64,000 nt of DNA, taken from contig NC_087436.1 in the NCBI RefSeq assembly GCF_036321535.1, positions 14,942,001-15,006,000 on the forward strand, read 5' to 3'. The number at the start of each line of letters is the position of its first letter. Position 1 is the first letter of the stretch. Positions 26,500-40,782 of this stretch are shown one piece after another. The stretch is from Camelus dromedarius (Eukaryota). The position numbers and the translations under genes are program-made. Below the pieces are notes generated by a model, which did no database searches, had not been told where the DNA came from, and worked only from the letters and a program-made list of their open reading frames with translations.

Positions 26500-27010
26500 G
26501 GCCAATTACACACCAGGCACTGTGTTAAACACTTAACATACCTTATTCTGTTTAGTCTTCATGGTCAGCCTCTAAAATGGATAAGGTATTCCCAATGAAC
26601 AGATGAGGACACTGAGGATGCAAGAAATCCCATGTGTACCGAAAGGTAAACACAAATTGAGGTGAGATCCAAACTCAGGTCTGTCCCTAAACCCCTTTCC
26701 ACTTCTTTCTACTACTTTCTCCACTACAACAGACTGTCCTTAAAGCGATGATCAGATTCGTTCATTTAGCGCATAATCCATGGTCACCCATGAAAAGCTA
26801 CTTATTGAACATGTGCCAGACACATTTCACAGTTTCTGCATGCTTTAACTCATTTAGTTCTCTCAAATCTTATCAGAGCTCTTCTATGCATCTCATTTTG
26901 GAAATGAGGCACAGAGAGGTTAAATAACCTATCTAAGGTCACACAGTAAGAACAGAGCAAGGATTCAAACACAGGTAGTCTGGATCCAGAGCCTATGGGC
27001 TTGACCTTGT
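26500..27010 (-). mobile_element. Two adjacent MIR copies
   Basis: acagatgaggacactgagg; gaggcacagagaggttaaataacctatctaaggtcacacag. Confidence 0.8.
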
Positions 27011-30000
27011 AGTATCACCTGCCAGTGGGTGCCCATGGGCACCAGGCAGGCCGCTTCTCCAACCTGTTTCCTTCCAAATGCAATAGTGTGCCCACTGGGG
27101 AGACACTGTGGGTGAGTGGTGGGAAGTTCCCTGAGAACAAGATGTCAGAGGGGACAGGTGGCAGTCCTATGCTAAGGACAACATCTATTTCCTTGCAGGG
27201 CTGCTCTGATGCTAACATTCAATTTGGCACTTGGTTTGGGGACTCTGAGAAGTCTGAATGTTAGGGGTAACAGTACACATACCAATGAGGGGGCCTATTC
27301 AGCTACCCTGGGGTCAAATTTTTCTTTTCTTAATCAAAAACTCTTCTTGGGAGGTTTTAGGGAGACCACAAGTAGGTCGTGTTAAGAGTGGGGAGAAAAA
27401 GTCCTTATTCCTTGGGGACTGACTAAAAGGAATGCCTGCTCTACTGAGATTTGCAGTCCAATTTATCTTCCTTAAATGACCACCTAGGAAAATGATCACG
27501 GCAGCGAAGCGACATTAGAAATGTGAAATGGATAAATAAAACCTTGGGAGAGCACACTGGCTGCTGAACCCATGTGAAAAATGGAGCTGTGAAGGGCACA
27601 CAGACTGAGCAAGGAGAGGCCTTTCAAAAGAAGCCAGTGGAACAAAATGTCAAATGTTTATCTGGAAGAAAAAGAGAAACTGATGTACGCAAGCCCTCAG
27701 GCCCTCGCAGGGCTCTTTCTCTATGAGGAAGACCAAAAGTTTCCACAAGGTCACTTCCCTGCCATGGTTACAGCTGCTTTTAGCAATGACTGAGGACCAT
27801 GGTGGAAGGGGCCTTCGAGGTCACACTTTATAGTCTGACCATCTCACTTTACAAATGAGGAACCGGGCCCAGAGTGCTGGAGTGACATGGCTTGATATTT
27901 TATGTGCATTTTCTTGTGGGATGTTTATAAGAATCAGATCATTCACCGGATTGGAATGTAGGCCACAAAGTCGCAGCAACCACTGGCATCAGTCAACCCT
28001 GCCACGTTCCAGAGAGCGGTGAGCCTTCTGCAGACACGATTGCATTTAGTCCTCACAATAGCCCGACGAGAGTGGTACCAGGACAGCCCATGTTTTTGTA
28101 GCTGAGGACACTGAAGCCGGAAGAGATTAAATGGCTGGCTCGATCAAGGTCACACTGCTAAGAAATGTGGCACCAAATCCTGTGTTCCCCCTCTGCTACC
28201 TTCTGACAAGAATTGGGGGATGGGAAGATAAACCGGGATATGCCTTTTGGGATATTATTTTCCAATTAAAAATTATTATGAGCTCTATGCAGTAACATGG
28301 TAATTGCTCATTATATGGTGTTTAGTGAAAAATACAATACTCGGTGTAAAATATGCAGAAGAAAGATGGAAGCAGAATGTTTAAACACTTACAGTGGCTG
28401 AGGAGTATGAGAAGCTTATTTTATTTCTGCTTTTTTCCCTCTGTTAGTGTTTTATAATGTGATACAGGTCTTTTGTAATGTAAGAATGAATGCAATCTTT
28501 TTTCTTAAAGAACTGGTACTGGACTCTCAAAGTCGATAAGGAAAAGGCTAAAATGAATGGTAATATATTTTCCTTTCCTTGGCAATGAAAGCTAATAAGT
28601 AATCAATTTGCAGCATGAGATAGGAGATCATTACACAAAGTCCACACATAACACAATTCTCTTTTCATATTCCATTCAATGCAACAAAACCCCAAAACTC
28701 AAAGAACTTAAATTTCCAAGCTATCCTATTTTTATGGCTTGCGTAGCCTGGTCTATTAATAAAAGGACATGATCACTTTCCCATGTTTGCCAGGGTAGTG
28801 ACTAATCATTCTTTCCTTCTGTCTGTAATTGAGTTCCAGCCAACATCCAGGCTCATAGACACATTAGGCTGGAAGGTTCCCTCCTGCCCACTCTCCCATT
28901 CCACACGTGGAAGCTCAGACGCAGATAAAGTCTCTTGCTCAAGGGCTTGTGAGTCTTAATATTTAAATCCTGAATGTAAACTCTCAGCTCCCAAGGGCAA
29001 GGCTCTTTCGTGTCTGTGCCAAACCCAGTACCCAGTGCTGAATCCTTCCTTTACTAGATGTGTTAAAACCCCAGTGAGGGGACAGGATGAAAGTCCGGTC
29101 TGATAGCTCACATTCACTGTACACCTTCTCTGCACCAAGCTCCACAATAAAGGCTTTACAGGGGAGATTTAGCCCCAAGACAATCCTGTGATGGAAATAA
29201 CAGCATCTTATTTCAATGCTGAGGAGAATGAGGCTCAGGAAGGCTGAGCCACTTGCCCCAAGTCACACAGCCACCTGGTGACTGAGTCAGAATTTTGACC
29301 TGGGCTGCACTACTTCGCAGCCAGTTGTCTTAACTCCTGTCTCAGAGTTGGAAAGGACTCAGCACCAGCTCATGCCCATGGACAGATTTTTATTCCTGGA
29401 GAACTTAGCAATGTGCCCAAGGTAAGAGGGGAACTAGACTTGATTGCCAAATATCTGCAGTCCTGAAACCTGGCCAAGACCATTTTGCATCAATCCAGTG
29501 CGCCTTAAAACGACCCCCATACACGCAACCACTCAGTGCCTCCTTCCCACTGCTCCAGACCCACGCAGTGTATCCGCCTCCCGGTCACCTTGCCCTAACT
29601 GACTTAGCGCAGGCAACTGTTTTTAATAGAAACGTGTTCCAGTGTAAACTCATTTAACACACTAATTCCAGTTTCAGGCCTGTGCAAGGCATGAGGTTAG
29701 GATGTTGAGTGCTAAGTTCTTTCCCAAAATGTGATATGTGACCTCAAGGATTTTAACATCCACCAGCAGTTTTCTCTCTAACTTTGAGCCAAAAGAGCCC
29801 AACAGGTGATGCCTTTTGCTCGTGCTCTTTAATAATGAGCAGTGCATAGACATACGTTTGCAGAAGAATTATGCAAATATTTACATACCCTAATAGCCAG
29901 CGAGGCAGGCCTGAAGCTCCCTGCGCTGAATGGCCTGAGTTCTATTTCCTCTGTTAAAATTAAGTGGCTCTGGCTGAATTCAGAGTACACTGTGTGAACC

Positions 30001-32699
30001 TCAATGAGCAGACCCAGGAAAATCGGTATCAAAGGAAAGTCAAAGAAAGAAACGAGCAACTTAACAGCACACATTTGGGAAGCAAATGTATCGAGATTGG
30101 GCCTTGGAGCTGGTCAGATCTGACTCAGAATCTTGGCGCCAGCCAGTCGCTAGCTGTGTGACCTTGGCAAGTCCAGTAAGCTATTCCCAGGTTCTGCTTC
30201 AAAAATCACAAAAATGATGTACTAATATCTACCTTAAGGGGTGATTAGTGCTAATGTGTGTAAAATGTGAAGCACAGGGCCTGGCGTCTTGCACTGCCCC
30301 GTGTGTGGTAACTGTCGTTGTTATTTACAGTCACTGGCAGTTTCCACTAACACTTGGCTTGTGTTCGTTGTAAATTAAGTTGAGGACTTCCAAAAGTGAG
30401 GAAAAGTGATTTCTTAAAGCAAAATCAACAATCAGCTGGGCAACATTTTGAGCACCTGCCTGGTGGCTAGCCCTGCTCTGGACTTCAGTGGGCTTGGGAG
30501 AGCACGGACTGCTCCTCTACTTGCTTTTTTAATGATGGTGAGAAAATAAACACACAAATTAAAATGAAAGCAACCAAGAAAGTTTCTTTGCAAAACCCTG
30601 AGCGAAGCCTCCATGGAGAGATAAAATGAAATCACCGATTTGTTTCAGCTCCAAAGGCGAACTGTAAATGAATACGGAGATCCAGTTGGCACCCAGGGTG
30701 GGCCTTCTACGTAAACACTGGAGCCAAAGGCAGTAGTTAAGGTAATGCAAGCTGCTGGAACAGACAAACTCCAGAAGACAATATTTCTTTCTCCTTTGAA
30801 TGAAGTCCTACAAACTGGGGTTGGGAGGGGTGTGGAAGGAGTCTCCGCTCCACCGCAGTCCAAGGTCCAAGCTGGCTGAGTCTCTGTGGTCTCCAACAGG
30901 AAGCTCCCAGTTCTGCCCCGGCATTGACATCCCAATTGCAGATGAGGGAAGTGGGACAGGATTGAATGTGGCCAGTTTCCGGGGGCAGAGCCTGGAAGCC
31001 ACACTTCCCGCCTCTACCTCCACACTATTGGCTGAAATTTAGTCACATGGCCACACTTAAGTGCAAAGGGAATTTTGCTGGGAAAACGTGTTTGCTCAGG
31101 AGTTAAATGGAGGTGAGTTTTCAGGATAACAGTGCCTGCCACACAGGGCATGTGCAAACTCCAGGGACACGAAGACCGGCTTGAGAAGCCTATGGTCTGT
31201 TTCTTCCATGTCTTTATTCTTGCAACTAAACCCAGGCATTTAGTCCTCAGGCCACAGGTAAAGTTCACATAGCACAGTAACAAAATAGACAGGCTAAGAA
31301 AAGGGAAGAAAAGATAATACGGACTCTGAAAGAGGAAAGTCAGATGAAATTTACACTGAGAGGGAAAAATCGACATTCACCCTCTCTGCTTACACAAGCC
31401 TCTGAGAAGCCAAGGCGGCATCCACAGAGCTGCAGCTGCGGGGTCCGCTGTGTTTTGACAGAGCAAAATTTAAGCCAGATCTTGCTCCTTTCTCAAAACA
31501 AAGGCGCTTGACTGATTGTCGCAGTGCTATGGTTCCTGGATATTGTGACTCGAACCTACATCCCCAAATCACACCATTTGTAATGATCATGCCTTGTTCT
31601 GGGAGTGCTCAGCTCTCAGTGCTTCCAAACCTCAGAGGAATGGCTTCTTCTATCAGCAGGTCTAAACCAGATACCACTACTCTTGTGGGTCTGCCACTGG
31701 TCCATTGATCGTTCTCCTGGGGTTCACGTGGCTCAAGCCAAACGCAGCTCAGGCTGAAATTTCCTGTCTCATCTTCCACACCTCATCATCTGCTTGTAAA
31801 AACCCTGCTTTGGAGTTCATATCATCTCAGCTTCAATTCTTTCTTACTTACCACAACCATCAAGAAGAAATGTATTTTAAATTTTGATTCAGTATGTACG
31901 GATGCACACACACTTAAAATAATTTTCTTTAAACATTATTTTAAAGTTAAGAGTGATGCTTTCAGATAATTCTGTTTTGTCCTATTTCATTCCATTAAAA
32001 AAAAAAGCAAATAAATGCTGCTTGGGACCCACTAAATTGTTTAAGCAAACTATCTTCCATAGGTTGTCGTGGTTGTTATCTACTAGCCTCCCCATCACTA
32101 GCTTACATTAATAGAATTATTTTTCCTCTCCTTGAAGCCAGTGAACTTTGCCTCTGCTCCATTTTACCCAGATTGTCCTAAAACCACACCCTTGGCTTTT
32201 CTCTGTTTTATCCTGTTATATCCACTTCACCTACACTTCATGCTTGTTGGGAGCTTGGGACCCTTACTCTTCCATTGGCTCCACTCTATCAGCATCTTCC
32301 CAGTTTTGTTTCCTCCTCAATCTACACAAACCCCATGACCACAACTTCCTGATCTGTCATCAGTCCACCACTTGGCAGGAGATATTTTTGGTTCTGTCCT
32401 GATTTTAACCAAGCCTGCAAATTGCCCACTAGCCCAATGGGTACAGCCCAGAAAGTGTAGAGATTAAAGTATCTGGACCAGGCTTATCAACTTGAGATGA
32501 TGTCCACACTGACTCACCACTGCTGGTTGATTCCTTAGTCTGCTGTAATCTTCCCACTTCTGATTCCTCTGCACTATCTTATAGATTGAGAAGGGCAAAG
32601 CATACTGTTTGGACTTTGTGTGACTCTCTGTGGCATCTGAGACTGTTGACCTTCAGAATCTCTCACCCGTTACTTTGATGATTCCCTTCTTCCTCTTTC

Positions 32700-33515
32700 C
32701 TCTCTTGTTGCTCCTTTTTAATATTCTTCATAAATTCCTTCTCTCTACTCCTTAACTGTTGGTTAACTCCCCTTCTCATCACCTTCTACAGCATTCCAAG
32801 GCAAACCTGTCTGCACCCATGCTCTCCATCACCATCTATGTGATGAGGATCCTCCAGGTATATCCCAACCTCAGCCCTTTGTGGGTTCATATCCAATGCC
32901 TGCTGCCTCCCTCCACCTGGATGTCTCACACACCCTTCCAAACTCAGTGTGTCCCCTACTTAACTTGGGTCCTTCTCCCTACTTAGCACTCACCAGTGAC
33001 TTCCCATTGCACTTAGAAAAAAATCCAGAATTATTACTATAGTCCTCCAGGGCTGAGGCTTAAGTGATCCAGCCTCTAGCTTCCTGATCCTCTGCCTCAC
33101 CATCTGGTCTTTTCTCATGATTCACTCTGCTCAACCCAAGCTGGCTTCCTTGCTGGTCCTCCAGTAAGCCAAGGATACACTCATCACAGGGCATTTGTCC
33201 AGGTTGTTCCCTCTGCCTGAAATGCGACTGCCCCAGATCAGATAGCCACAGACTTCTCTCCCTCACCTCACTCAGGTTTCTGCTGAAATATCAGAGGCTC
33301 ACTGAAGCTTCTCCAACCAGCCTATCAAAATAGCAGCCCCTTCCTCTCTATCTCACCAGTTATCACCACCTTGCGTGAATGTGTTTGTCTGTTTACCATC
33401 ACTGGAATACAAGTTTCTTTGTTTAGCTGAATCCTCAGAACACATAGCCTAGAACACTATTTGAGACAGAGTAAGAAGTCAAATACATAATTGATGAATG
33501 AATGAATGAATAATT
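32700..33515 (+). mobile_element. L2 relic(s)
   Basis: ctccacctggatgtctcac; cagggcatttgtccaggttgttccctctgcctgaaatgc; (TGAA)n tail. Confidence 0.75.
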
Positions 33516-33877
33516 TATCTCCTCCCCGACTCCTACCCTCTAGCCCCAAACTTGCTCTCACCAGGATTCTAGGTGAAAGATGGACAATTTTCCTAATCAT
33601 GGTCCAAGCCAGAAGCCTGGCCTTGGGCCACGTCCCCTCCCTCTCCTCTCCACCCGCATCCCATCTGTCATAATTCCCAGTGAACCTTTCTAAATCTCTC
33701 TTCCATTCGGTCTGATTTCTCCACCCTCACTCTGCAGCCTTGGTTCGGTGTCATGGATCCCTTGTGAATCTGATGAAAGCTGTGGGTCCTCTTCTCAGCA
33801 AAATACGCACACAAACAGCACAACTTTCACAAAAGGGTTTCTAGATTCTCCAAAGCCCAGTGAGGACGCCCGTCCGT

Positions 33878-34003
33878 CATCTCTGTCACCCAGGGGTTCG
33901 AATCTAAGGAGGGAGGTGTCACCAACACTGCAAGGACTTTCCTTTTTTGCGCATCCTCTCCAGGTAAGGGTTGGAGCTGCCCCAACCTCAGTCCTGGACT
34001 CCC
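33878..34003 (+). repeat. Second copy of 14888-15010, lying inside a hAT/Charlie-like relic
   Basis: Sequence match to 14888-15010; flanks gtcatggatcccttgtgaatctgatgaaagc and caaggataaaaatctctg look like two halves of one MER. Confidence 0.85.
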
Positions 34004-34084
34004 CTCCCCGGATACCACCAGGTCCAAGGATAAAAATCTCTGGCTCGAAACTGTCTTGCTTCTCACCTGGATGGCTTTGATGTC

Positions 34085-34428
34085 TGCTGTGACCTGAAAA
34101 TTTGTGTCCTCCCCAAATGTGCATGCTGAAATTCTCACCCCCAGTGTGATGGCATTAGGAAGTGGGGCCTTTGGGAGGTGACTGGGTCATGAGAACCTTC
34201 ATGAATGGGATTAGTGCCCTGATAAAAGGGACTCTAGAAAGCTAGCTGGTCCCTTCCTCCCTGTGAGGTTACATGGAGAAAATAGATGTCAGTGAGGTAA
34301 TGGGTCCTCATCCAACACCAAAGTCTGCCAGCACCCCAGCTTCTAGAAGGGTGAGAAATAAACATTTGTTCTTTGTAAACCCCCTCGTTGATGGTGTTCT
34401 GTGACAGCAGCCTGAATGGACAAAGACA
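34085..34428 (+). mobile_element. MaLR solo LTR, MLT1A-like
   Basis: tgctgtgacctgaaaatttgtgtcctcccc...gcagcctgaatggacaaagaca. Confidence 0.9.
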
Positions 34429-35444
34429 ACACCCTTTGACAGGTCTCCCTGACACTGCTCTTACCCCTCTTTGATCCACTTTCCACAGGAGCTACTGACG
34501 TCATCTTTTACCAGTGCAGTTTGTCCACGGCCTCTCATGTGTCCACCTGTCAATGGCCCTGCATCGCTTTAAGAATAAAATCCCAAGTCCTCTGTGTGGT
34601 TTCGTGGCTCTGCTTATCCCTCCAGCTGTAACCCTTTATCGCTCCACATCCGCACTCGGCTGGAGTCATTCTGAAAAGCCTCTCTCTCACCTCCTTGCTT
34701 TCGAACATGGGGGTCCTTTGCCCTTCTGGGTGCTTCGCCTTCCGTCTACTTGGCTACTTGCCCTTTGTCTTCCCCTGAACAGCACAAGGATTGTCAGGAA
34801 ATGACTTCCTGGTCTCCTGGGGCTCAGCAAGGGGTTCTTCTCCCATCAGACTATGTTGTGTCATTCTCTTGTCCATTTCCCCTCCCAGATGCTACATCAC
34901 TTACGACAGGGGCTGCCTTACTCATCTCTGTGGCACACGCTCAATAAAGGCGTGTTGAATGACTGGATGGAGCGATCAGGTGAAAAGGAGACAGAGGAGG
35001 CGGCAGCACGTTGTGGATTCACGTCAGTGGTGCAGGTTTCACCAACACGGCATCCAAAATGGGAAAATCCATATTTACAGAGAAGATAAACCTGACAGTT
35101 CCACCATTTACAAAAAGGATTCACCACAGGGGGCCTCTAAAGAGCGGGTGCTTTAACCAGTCTCTGTACGTGTTTATTTACAGATCATTCCTCATTTTAT
35201 AAAGAGGCCAAAAGCTAAAATGCAGCCAATTGGAGCCTTTAGCACTGAATCACGGGGCTTCTGTAAGTTAAAGGGGAGAAGGATTCGATGTTAAGCTGTT
35301 CAATTAACAGATAATTTTTCAGGAACAGGCCAGAGAGAGAAAGAGGGAGGGAGGGAAAGAAGATGAGGGCTCCAGGAACGGGTGCAACAGTCTTCCCTCT
35401 TGCTCCTGGCCATGAGCCTTCTCCCAGGGATCCTCTGTTTCAGA

Positions 35445-35832
35445 TGTTAAAAGATAAACTGAAGCGTATTAAAATGTTTGAGTTTATTTGAGCAAAAATT
35501 GATTCCAATCGGGAAACACCAAACCGGAAGTGGCTAGAAACCCTCCACCGAAAGGAGCTGCGGACAAGGAGGGGAGGACTTTTTATTTAGTTAGTTTTTT
35601 AGAAGATTTTTATAGAGAAGAGGTGGAAGGAAAGCAAGGAAATGACTTGATTGGCTGTAGCCTATAGTTGCCTTATCTGGGAAAGTCTAGTTGGGTGTTT
35701 GTGATTGGTTGTCCTGAGGTTTTGATTTCTTAACCTTGAGGCATTTCGGACTTAGGTTTCAGTTGGCTTAGGATGCTACGGCATTAAAGCCCCCTCAGTG
35801 CCATGGCTTCCTTGTTTGGTTAATTTAAAATA
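35445..35832 (-). mobile_element. ERV1-type solo LTR
   Basis: tgttaaaagataaactgaag...gagtttatttgagcaaaa (AATAAA on minus), gattgg boxes. Confidence 0.6.
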
Positions 35833-37149
35833 GGGGGGGCATCTCCTGTCCAGCCAGAAGACAACGAAACAGCTCTGGTGCCAACCAGCCTGGGTCAGGT
35901 TGGTTGCTCATAATGAACATCTATCTGGTAGCTGGTGGTATCTCCCAGCCGTTAGAAGATAAGGCTATGGTTCTGCACCCCAGCAACCTCACAATCAGAG
36001 CACAACGCAGACCAGATTCTGCCTCATCCACAGGCACTTATTAGCAGACACGCACAAAGATGGTCATACGACCCGATCATTAAGCTCCCTCTCTCATCCA
36101 CTCACTCAAAAGCACCTTGCATGAAAGATCACAGGCAACTTCTGGAGGTTTTGTTTGTTTCTTTGTTTTTCCCAACTGGAAACGTACTACTAGCGTCTAG
36201 TGGGTGGAGGCCAGGGAGGCTGCTGACCATCCTACGCTATATTCGGTCAATCCCCAGGGACGACAGGTGCCTCTTCCTAAACGAGTTTAAACGCAATCTT
36301 GCTCCTCCTCTCCCTTCTCCTGCCCTCGTTTGAACGTTCAGCATTTCAGACAACATCTTTTCCCCTTCAGTCTCTAGGTTCTTCTGTTCCTTCTGCCTCA
36401 GCTCCCATCCTCCTGTCAGATGGCCCTTCCCAAACCAGGACTGGTATCCTAGTTTTTTAAATTCTCCAGTAGCTCCTCACTGCACAGCAAGCCAACTCTC
36501 TGCTTGTTCCCTTGCCTCCTCTCCCTAGGGCATTTTGTTCCAACCTGTTATAGATGCGCTAACATGCCAAGCTCTCCCAAACCTCTGTGCCTTTGCACAT
36601 GCTGTTCCTCTGCCTGGAAGGCCCTCCTGTCCCTCTTTCGTACTCTCTTCCACCTTACTAGGTACACAGATCTTGAGCCACAACTCAAACACGACCTCAT
36701 CCTCTGGCTCCTCCAAGCCAGCCCTGGGGCTCCTGCTGCCCTTGCCCTACTCTGAACAAACCCCCGTTAAAGCAGATGTCACAATTGTCTCTCTGCACTG
36801 TCACTAGTTGTTTGCATGTTTGTGTCCCTCCCGAGCTCTAAACTCCTATAAGGCGGGCTTTGTGACTAGCTCACTGAGCCCAGCATGCTACTTGCTACAC
36901 AGCAGGCAGCAGCTAAATATTTAGATCATTCAGTGAATGATCACTTTCTGTGCCCTGGGTTGTCTGTTTTCTGCCTTTTGTTTGTTTTGGTTTTGGACAG
37001 GTTTAAAATTCTTCAGACTTTCAGTGGATAAAGTGATACAAGTGAGATACTCTGGCTTTCAAATCTCAGTGAACCTAAGAATTGTCTTCAGGACTTGTTC
37101 CAAATGCAGATTCCTGGGCTCCAGATACCCAGGCAGTCTTAGAAATTAA

Positions 37150-38790
37150 TTAATTTTTTAAAACTGAGAAATAATCCACATATCATAAAATTCACTGTTT
37201 TAAATTGTACAATTCAGTGTGTTTTTTAAAAAGTATTTTCACAAAGGTGTACAATCATCACCGTTACCTAATTCCAGAACATTTTTATCACTCCAAAAGA
37301 AATCCATACTCATTAACAGTCACCCCCTAAGCACCCCTCCCCTCAGCCATTGGCAATCACTAAACTACTTTGTGGTCACCACAAAATTTGCTTATTCTGA
37401 CCATTTCCTATTAAAAGAATCATACAATATGTAGTCTTTTGTGACTGGCTTTTTTCATTTCACATAATGTTTTTGTGGTTCTTCCATATTGTAGCAGGTA
37501 TCAGTATTCTGTTCCTTTTTATGGCTGAATTATATGTCATTGTACGAATACATACCACATTTTATTTATCTGTTCGTCAGTTGATGGTCATTTGGGTTGT
37601 TTCCACTTTTTGGCTAATATGACTAATACTGATACAAATATTTGCGTGCAAGTTTTTGTATGGACATATGTTTCAAATTCTCTCGGGCATAAACCCAAGA
37701 AAGCAGAATTTCTAGATCATGAGGAACGGACAAAACTGTTTTCCACCGTGGCTGAGCCACTTTATATTCCCACCAGAAGTGTTTGAGGGTTCCAATTTTT
37801 TCATATTCTCAGCAACACTTGTTAATGTCCATCTTTTTTTTTTTTTTTTTGATAGCTAGCCTAGTGGATGTGAAGTGGTAGCTCTTTGTGGTGTTGATTT
37901 GCGTTTCCCTAGTGACTAGTTGAGCATCTTTTCCTGTGCTTATTGACCATTTGTGTATCTTCTTTGGAGAAAAGTCAATTCAAAGTCTTTCTAAAACTGG
38001 GTTATTCAGATTTTATTTTTAATTTAACGATCTAATTGACTTTACTTAAAGGTTCATGAGTCAGGCACCATCCCATCTTAGCAGATAGAAAGAAGCTCTG
38101 AAGAACCATACAAACTGGAAGACATAGTCAGAAGGAGGTGGGGCAAGGAAGTTACTCTAGCACAGAATGAATTGTTTCAGGCAAAGTCACCTTCTTTTGG
38201 GGGATGGCAGGAGTCTCTCAGGCAAATTACCTGACTAGTGCAGACTAGGTAATGTTTGCATATTTCTGTTGTTGTTGTTGAGTTGTCATTCTTTATATAT
38301 TGTGGCTATTAATCCCTTATCAGATACACTTTTTGCAAATATTTTCTCCCATTCTGTGAACTAGCTTTTCATTCTCTTGATGGCCTTTGGATGCACAAGA
38401 ACTTTTAATTTTGATGAAGTTGAATTTATCTGTTTTTAAAAATTTCTTGAGCATTCGGTGTCATATCTAAGAAACTACTGTCTAATCCAAGATTACGAAA
38501 ATTTATGCCTATGTTTTCTTCTATGAGTTCTATAGTTCTAGATCTTGTATTAGGTCATTTATCCATTTTGAGTTACCTTTTGTGTATGACACAAGGTAAG
38601 GGTCCAACCTTATTCTTGTACATGTAGATATCCACTTGTACCAGCACCATTTGTTGAAAGGGCTATTCTTTCCACCACTGACTGTTCTTGATGCCCTTGA
38701 AGAAAATCAATTGACCACAAATGTCAAGGTTTATTTCTGGACTTTCAATTATATCCCATTGATCTACAGGTCTATCCTCATGCCAATAGA
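37150..38790 (-). mobile_element. L1MB-like LINE-1 (3'UTR and end of ORF2) with an LTR-like insert at ~38005-38250
   Basis: ccagcaccatttgttgaaag, cctagtggatgtgaagtggta and 3'UTR ataaaattcactgttttaaattgtacaattcagt. Confidence 0.9.
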
Positions 38791-40319
38791 ACACACTCAG
38801 ATGGCTGAGGAGCATTTGGAAAAAGCTCGGTCTAAATTACAGTTGCTGTAAATAAGAGTTAATCCAGGACAATGGTTCCCAAGCAGACTGAACCTCAGAA
38901 TACTTACAAGGGCTTCAAAAAGAAACATTCTGATCTCCCAGGTCTCCCTTTCTTCCTCTCCCCTCTCCTCCCCAGAGGTTTTGATTCAGTAGATGACTAT
39001 AAGGTTCAGGGGCCTGCTTTGAAAAGACTACTCTTGTGATCATCCAGAATGGAGAATTGCTGGTCCAGGTGATCATTCAAAGCCATCGCCAACACAAGGG
39101 ACTTATAATGTTAGGAAAAAAGAAAGTAGAAGATGGAAGTTTGACCCAAAACATGTTAAATAATCATTTTGTGTGTATTTGGCTGTCAGGAAGCATTCGT
39201 CTGATGAAAAAAATCTGAAGATGATTCTATGAAAAACAGCTGGAATCAAAGGACCAGTATGGCTCTAGGATGTCTAGATGGGGAGGGGAAAATCCACATT
39301 TCAGTGTCAGTGCAGATGAGACACGAGCCCCAGGCCTGACACAGTGTCCATCTCAGTGCTCCCACTGCCCCAGGCTCTATGGATGACATGTCTTTCTCTC
39401 CTACTAAACTCTGGGTCTTCTCAAGCAGAAACAGGGTCTTTTCCTCTTTCAAGTCCCCAGTGCCCATCACTGTGCCTGGAAAATTGCAAGTATTGAATAA
39501 AATGTCAAACTAAACTAAACATTTTCTATATTTAGTCAAATACACAGATAAGTTCAAAGAGCAGGCTTTATGTAAAAATGCTAGGTATGTGGTGCATTGA
39601 AAACAGAACTGGAAGGGAATTGAGCAGTTGGATTTAAAAGACTATTTTTTTTTAAAAAAAGCAGGCAATTATTTTTGCACCGTGTTTGTCATCTCAGTTC
39701 CTACCCACCTGTGGGTCCCAGCAGGAAACAGATGGCTCATCAGAGTCAAATGGACAAACTATTTCCAGAGGAGTGGGCAGAATGAAAGGGGACACCAAGG
39801 AATGAAGTCCTGGGACTAGTCACAGTAGGATGTCCTAAGCATCCATGGGCCCTAAAGGACCAGAGGGCAAAGCACGGTGGCCAGAACCTAGTGAGAGCTG
39901 GAACCTAAGAGGGGGCCGCATGGCAGGACCTGTAGCCAGAGGAGGAAACAGGCAGAAAAGGGCAGAATGCTCCTTTGAAGGCCATCTAGAGGACCACCGG
40001 CACACCCACCCAAAGGAAAAGGCAGACAGAGACAGATTCAACAATGAGCCATGGGAAAACAGAAACCTAGGGAGCTGAGATGCAGTGTACCAGTTTAGCT
40101 TCTGAGTGTGCACTTTGTTTTGTAATGTTGTGCTTTCTTTCGTTCGTTCATAAAACACTTGAGCCTTTTGATGTTGTAAGACACTGTTTTGGAGTCTGGA
40201 GACACCAGAATGAATAAGACACATATCTGCCCTTAAGAAGCTCACAGGGGGAAGTGGGGGACACAGGCAGGCAGTAACTATGCAATCCAAGAGTGAGATG
40301 GTGTTGGTTTGTTTGTTTG

Positions 40320-40576
40320 TTTCCTAGGGGCTGTCAGAACTTGCTGTAGCAAAGTACCACAAATTGGGTGGCTCAAACAACAGAAATGTAATGTCTCCCA
40401 GTTCTGGAGGCTGGAAGTGTGAGATCCAGGTGTCGGCAGGGCTGGTTCCTTCTGAGGCTGTGGGAGAGAATCTGCTCCAGGCCTCTCCCTTAGTTTCTGG
40501 CGGTATGCTGGCCATCTGTGGCAGTCTTTGGCTTGTAGAAGCATCACCCCAACCCTGCCTGAATATTCATATAGCA

Positions 40577-40611
<35 letters not shown>

Positions 40612-40782
40612 GTGTGTTGTCCCAATTTCCTCTTTTTTATAAGGATACCCTCATTATATTGAATTACAATGACTTCATCATAACTAATTACATCTGTAAT
40701 GATCCAAATAAGATCACATTCTGAGGTACCGGGAGTTGGGACCTCAGTGGTCAATTTGGGGGACAGAATTCAACCCCTAGTA
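40320..40782 (-). mobile_element. MaLR solo LTR, MLT1C/D-like, containing (TG)n
   Basis: caaagtaccacaaattgggtggctcaaacaacagaaat...gatcacattctgaggtacc. Confidence 0.9.

Noticed and set aside
25885..26505. 206-aa minus ORF and overlapping ORFs
   Set aside because: C/S/W-rich composition typical of chance ORFs in GC-rich DNA; no domain or exon support.
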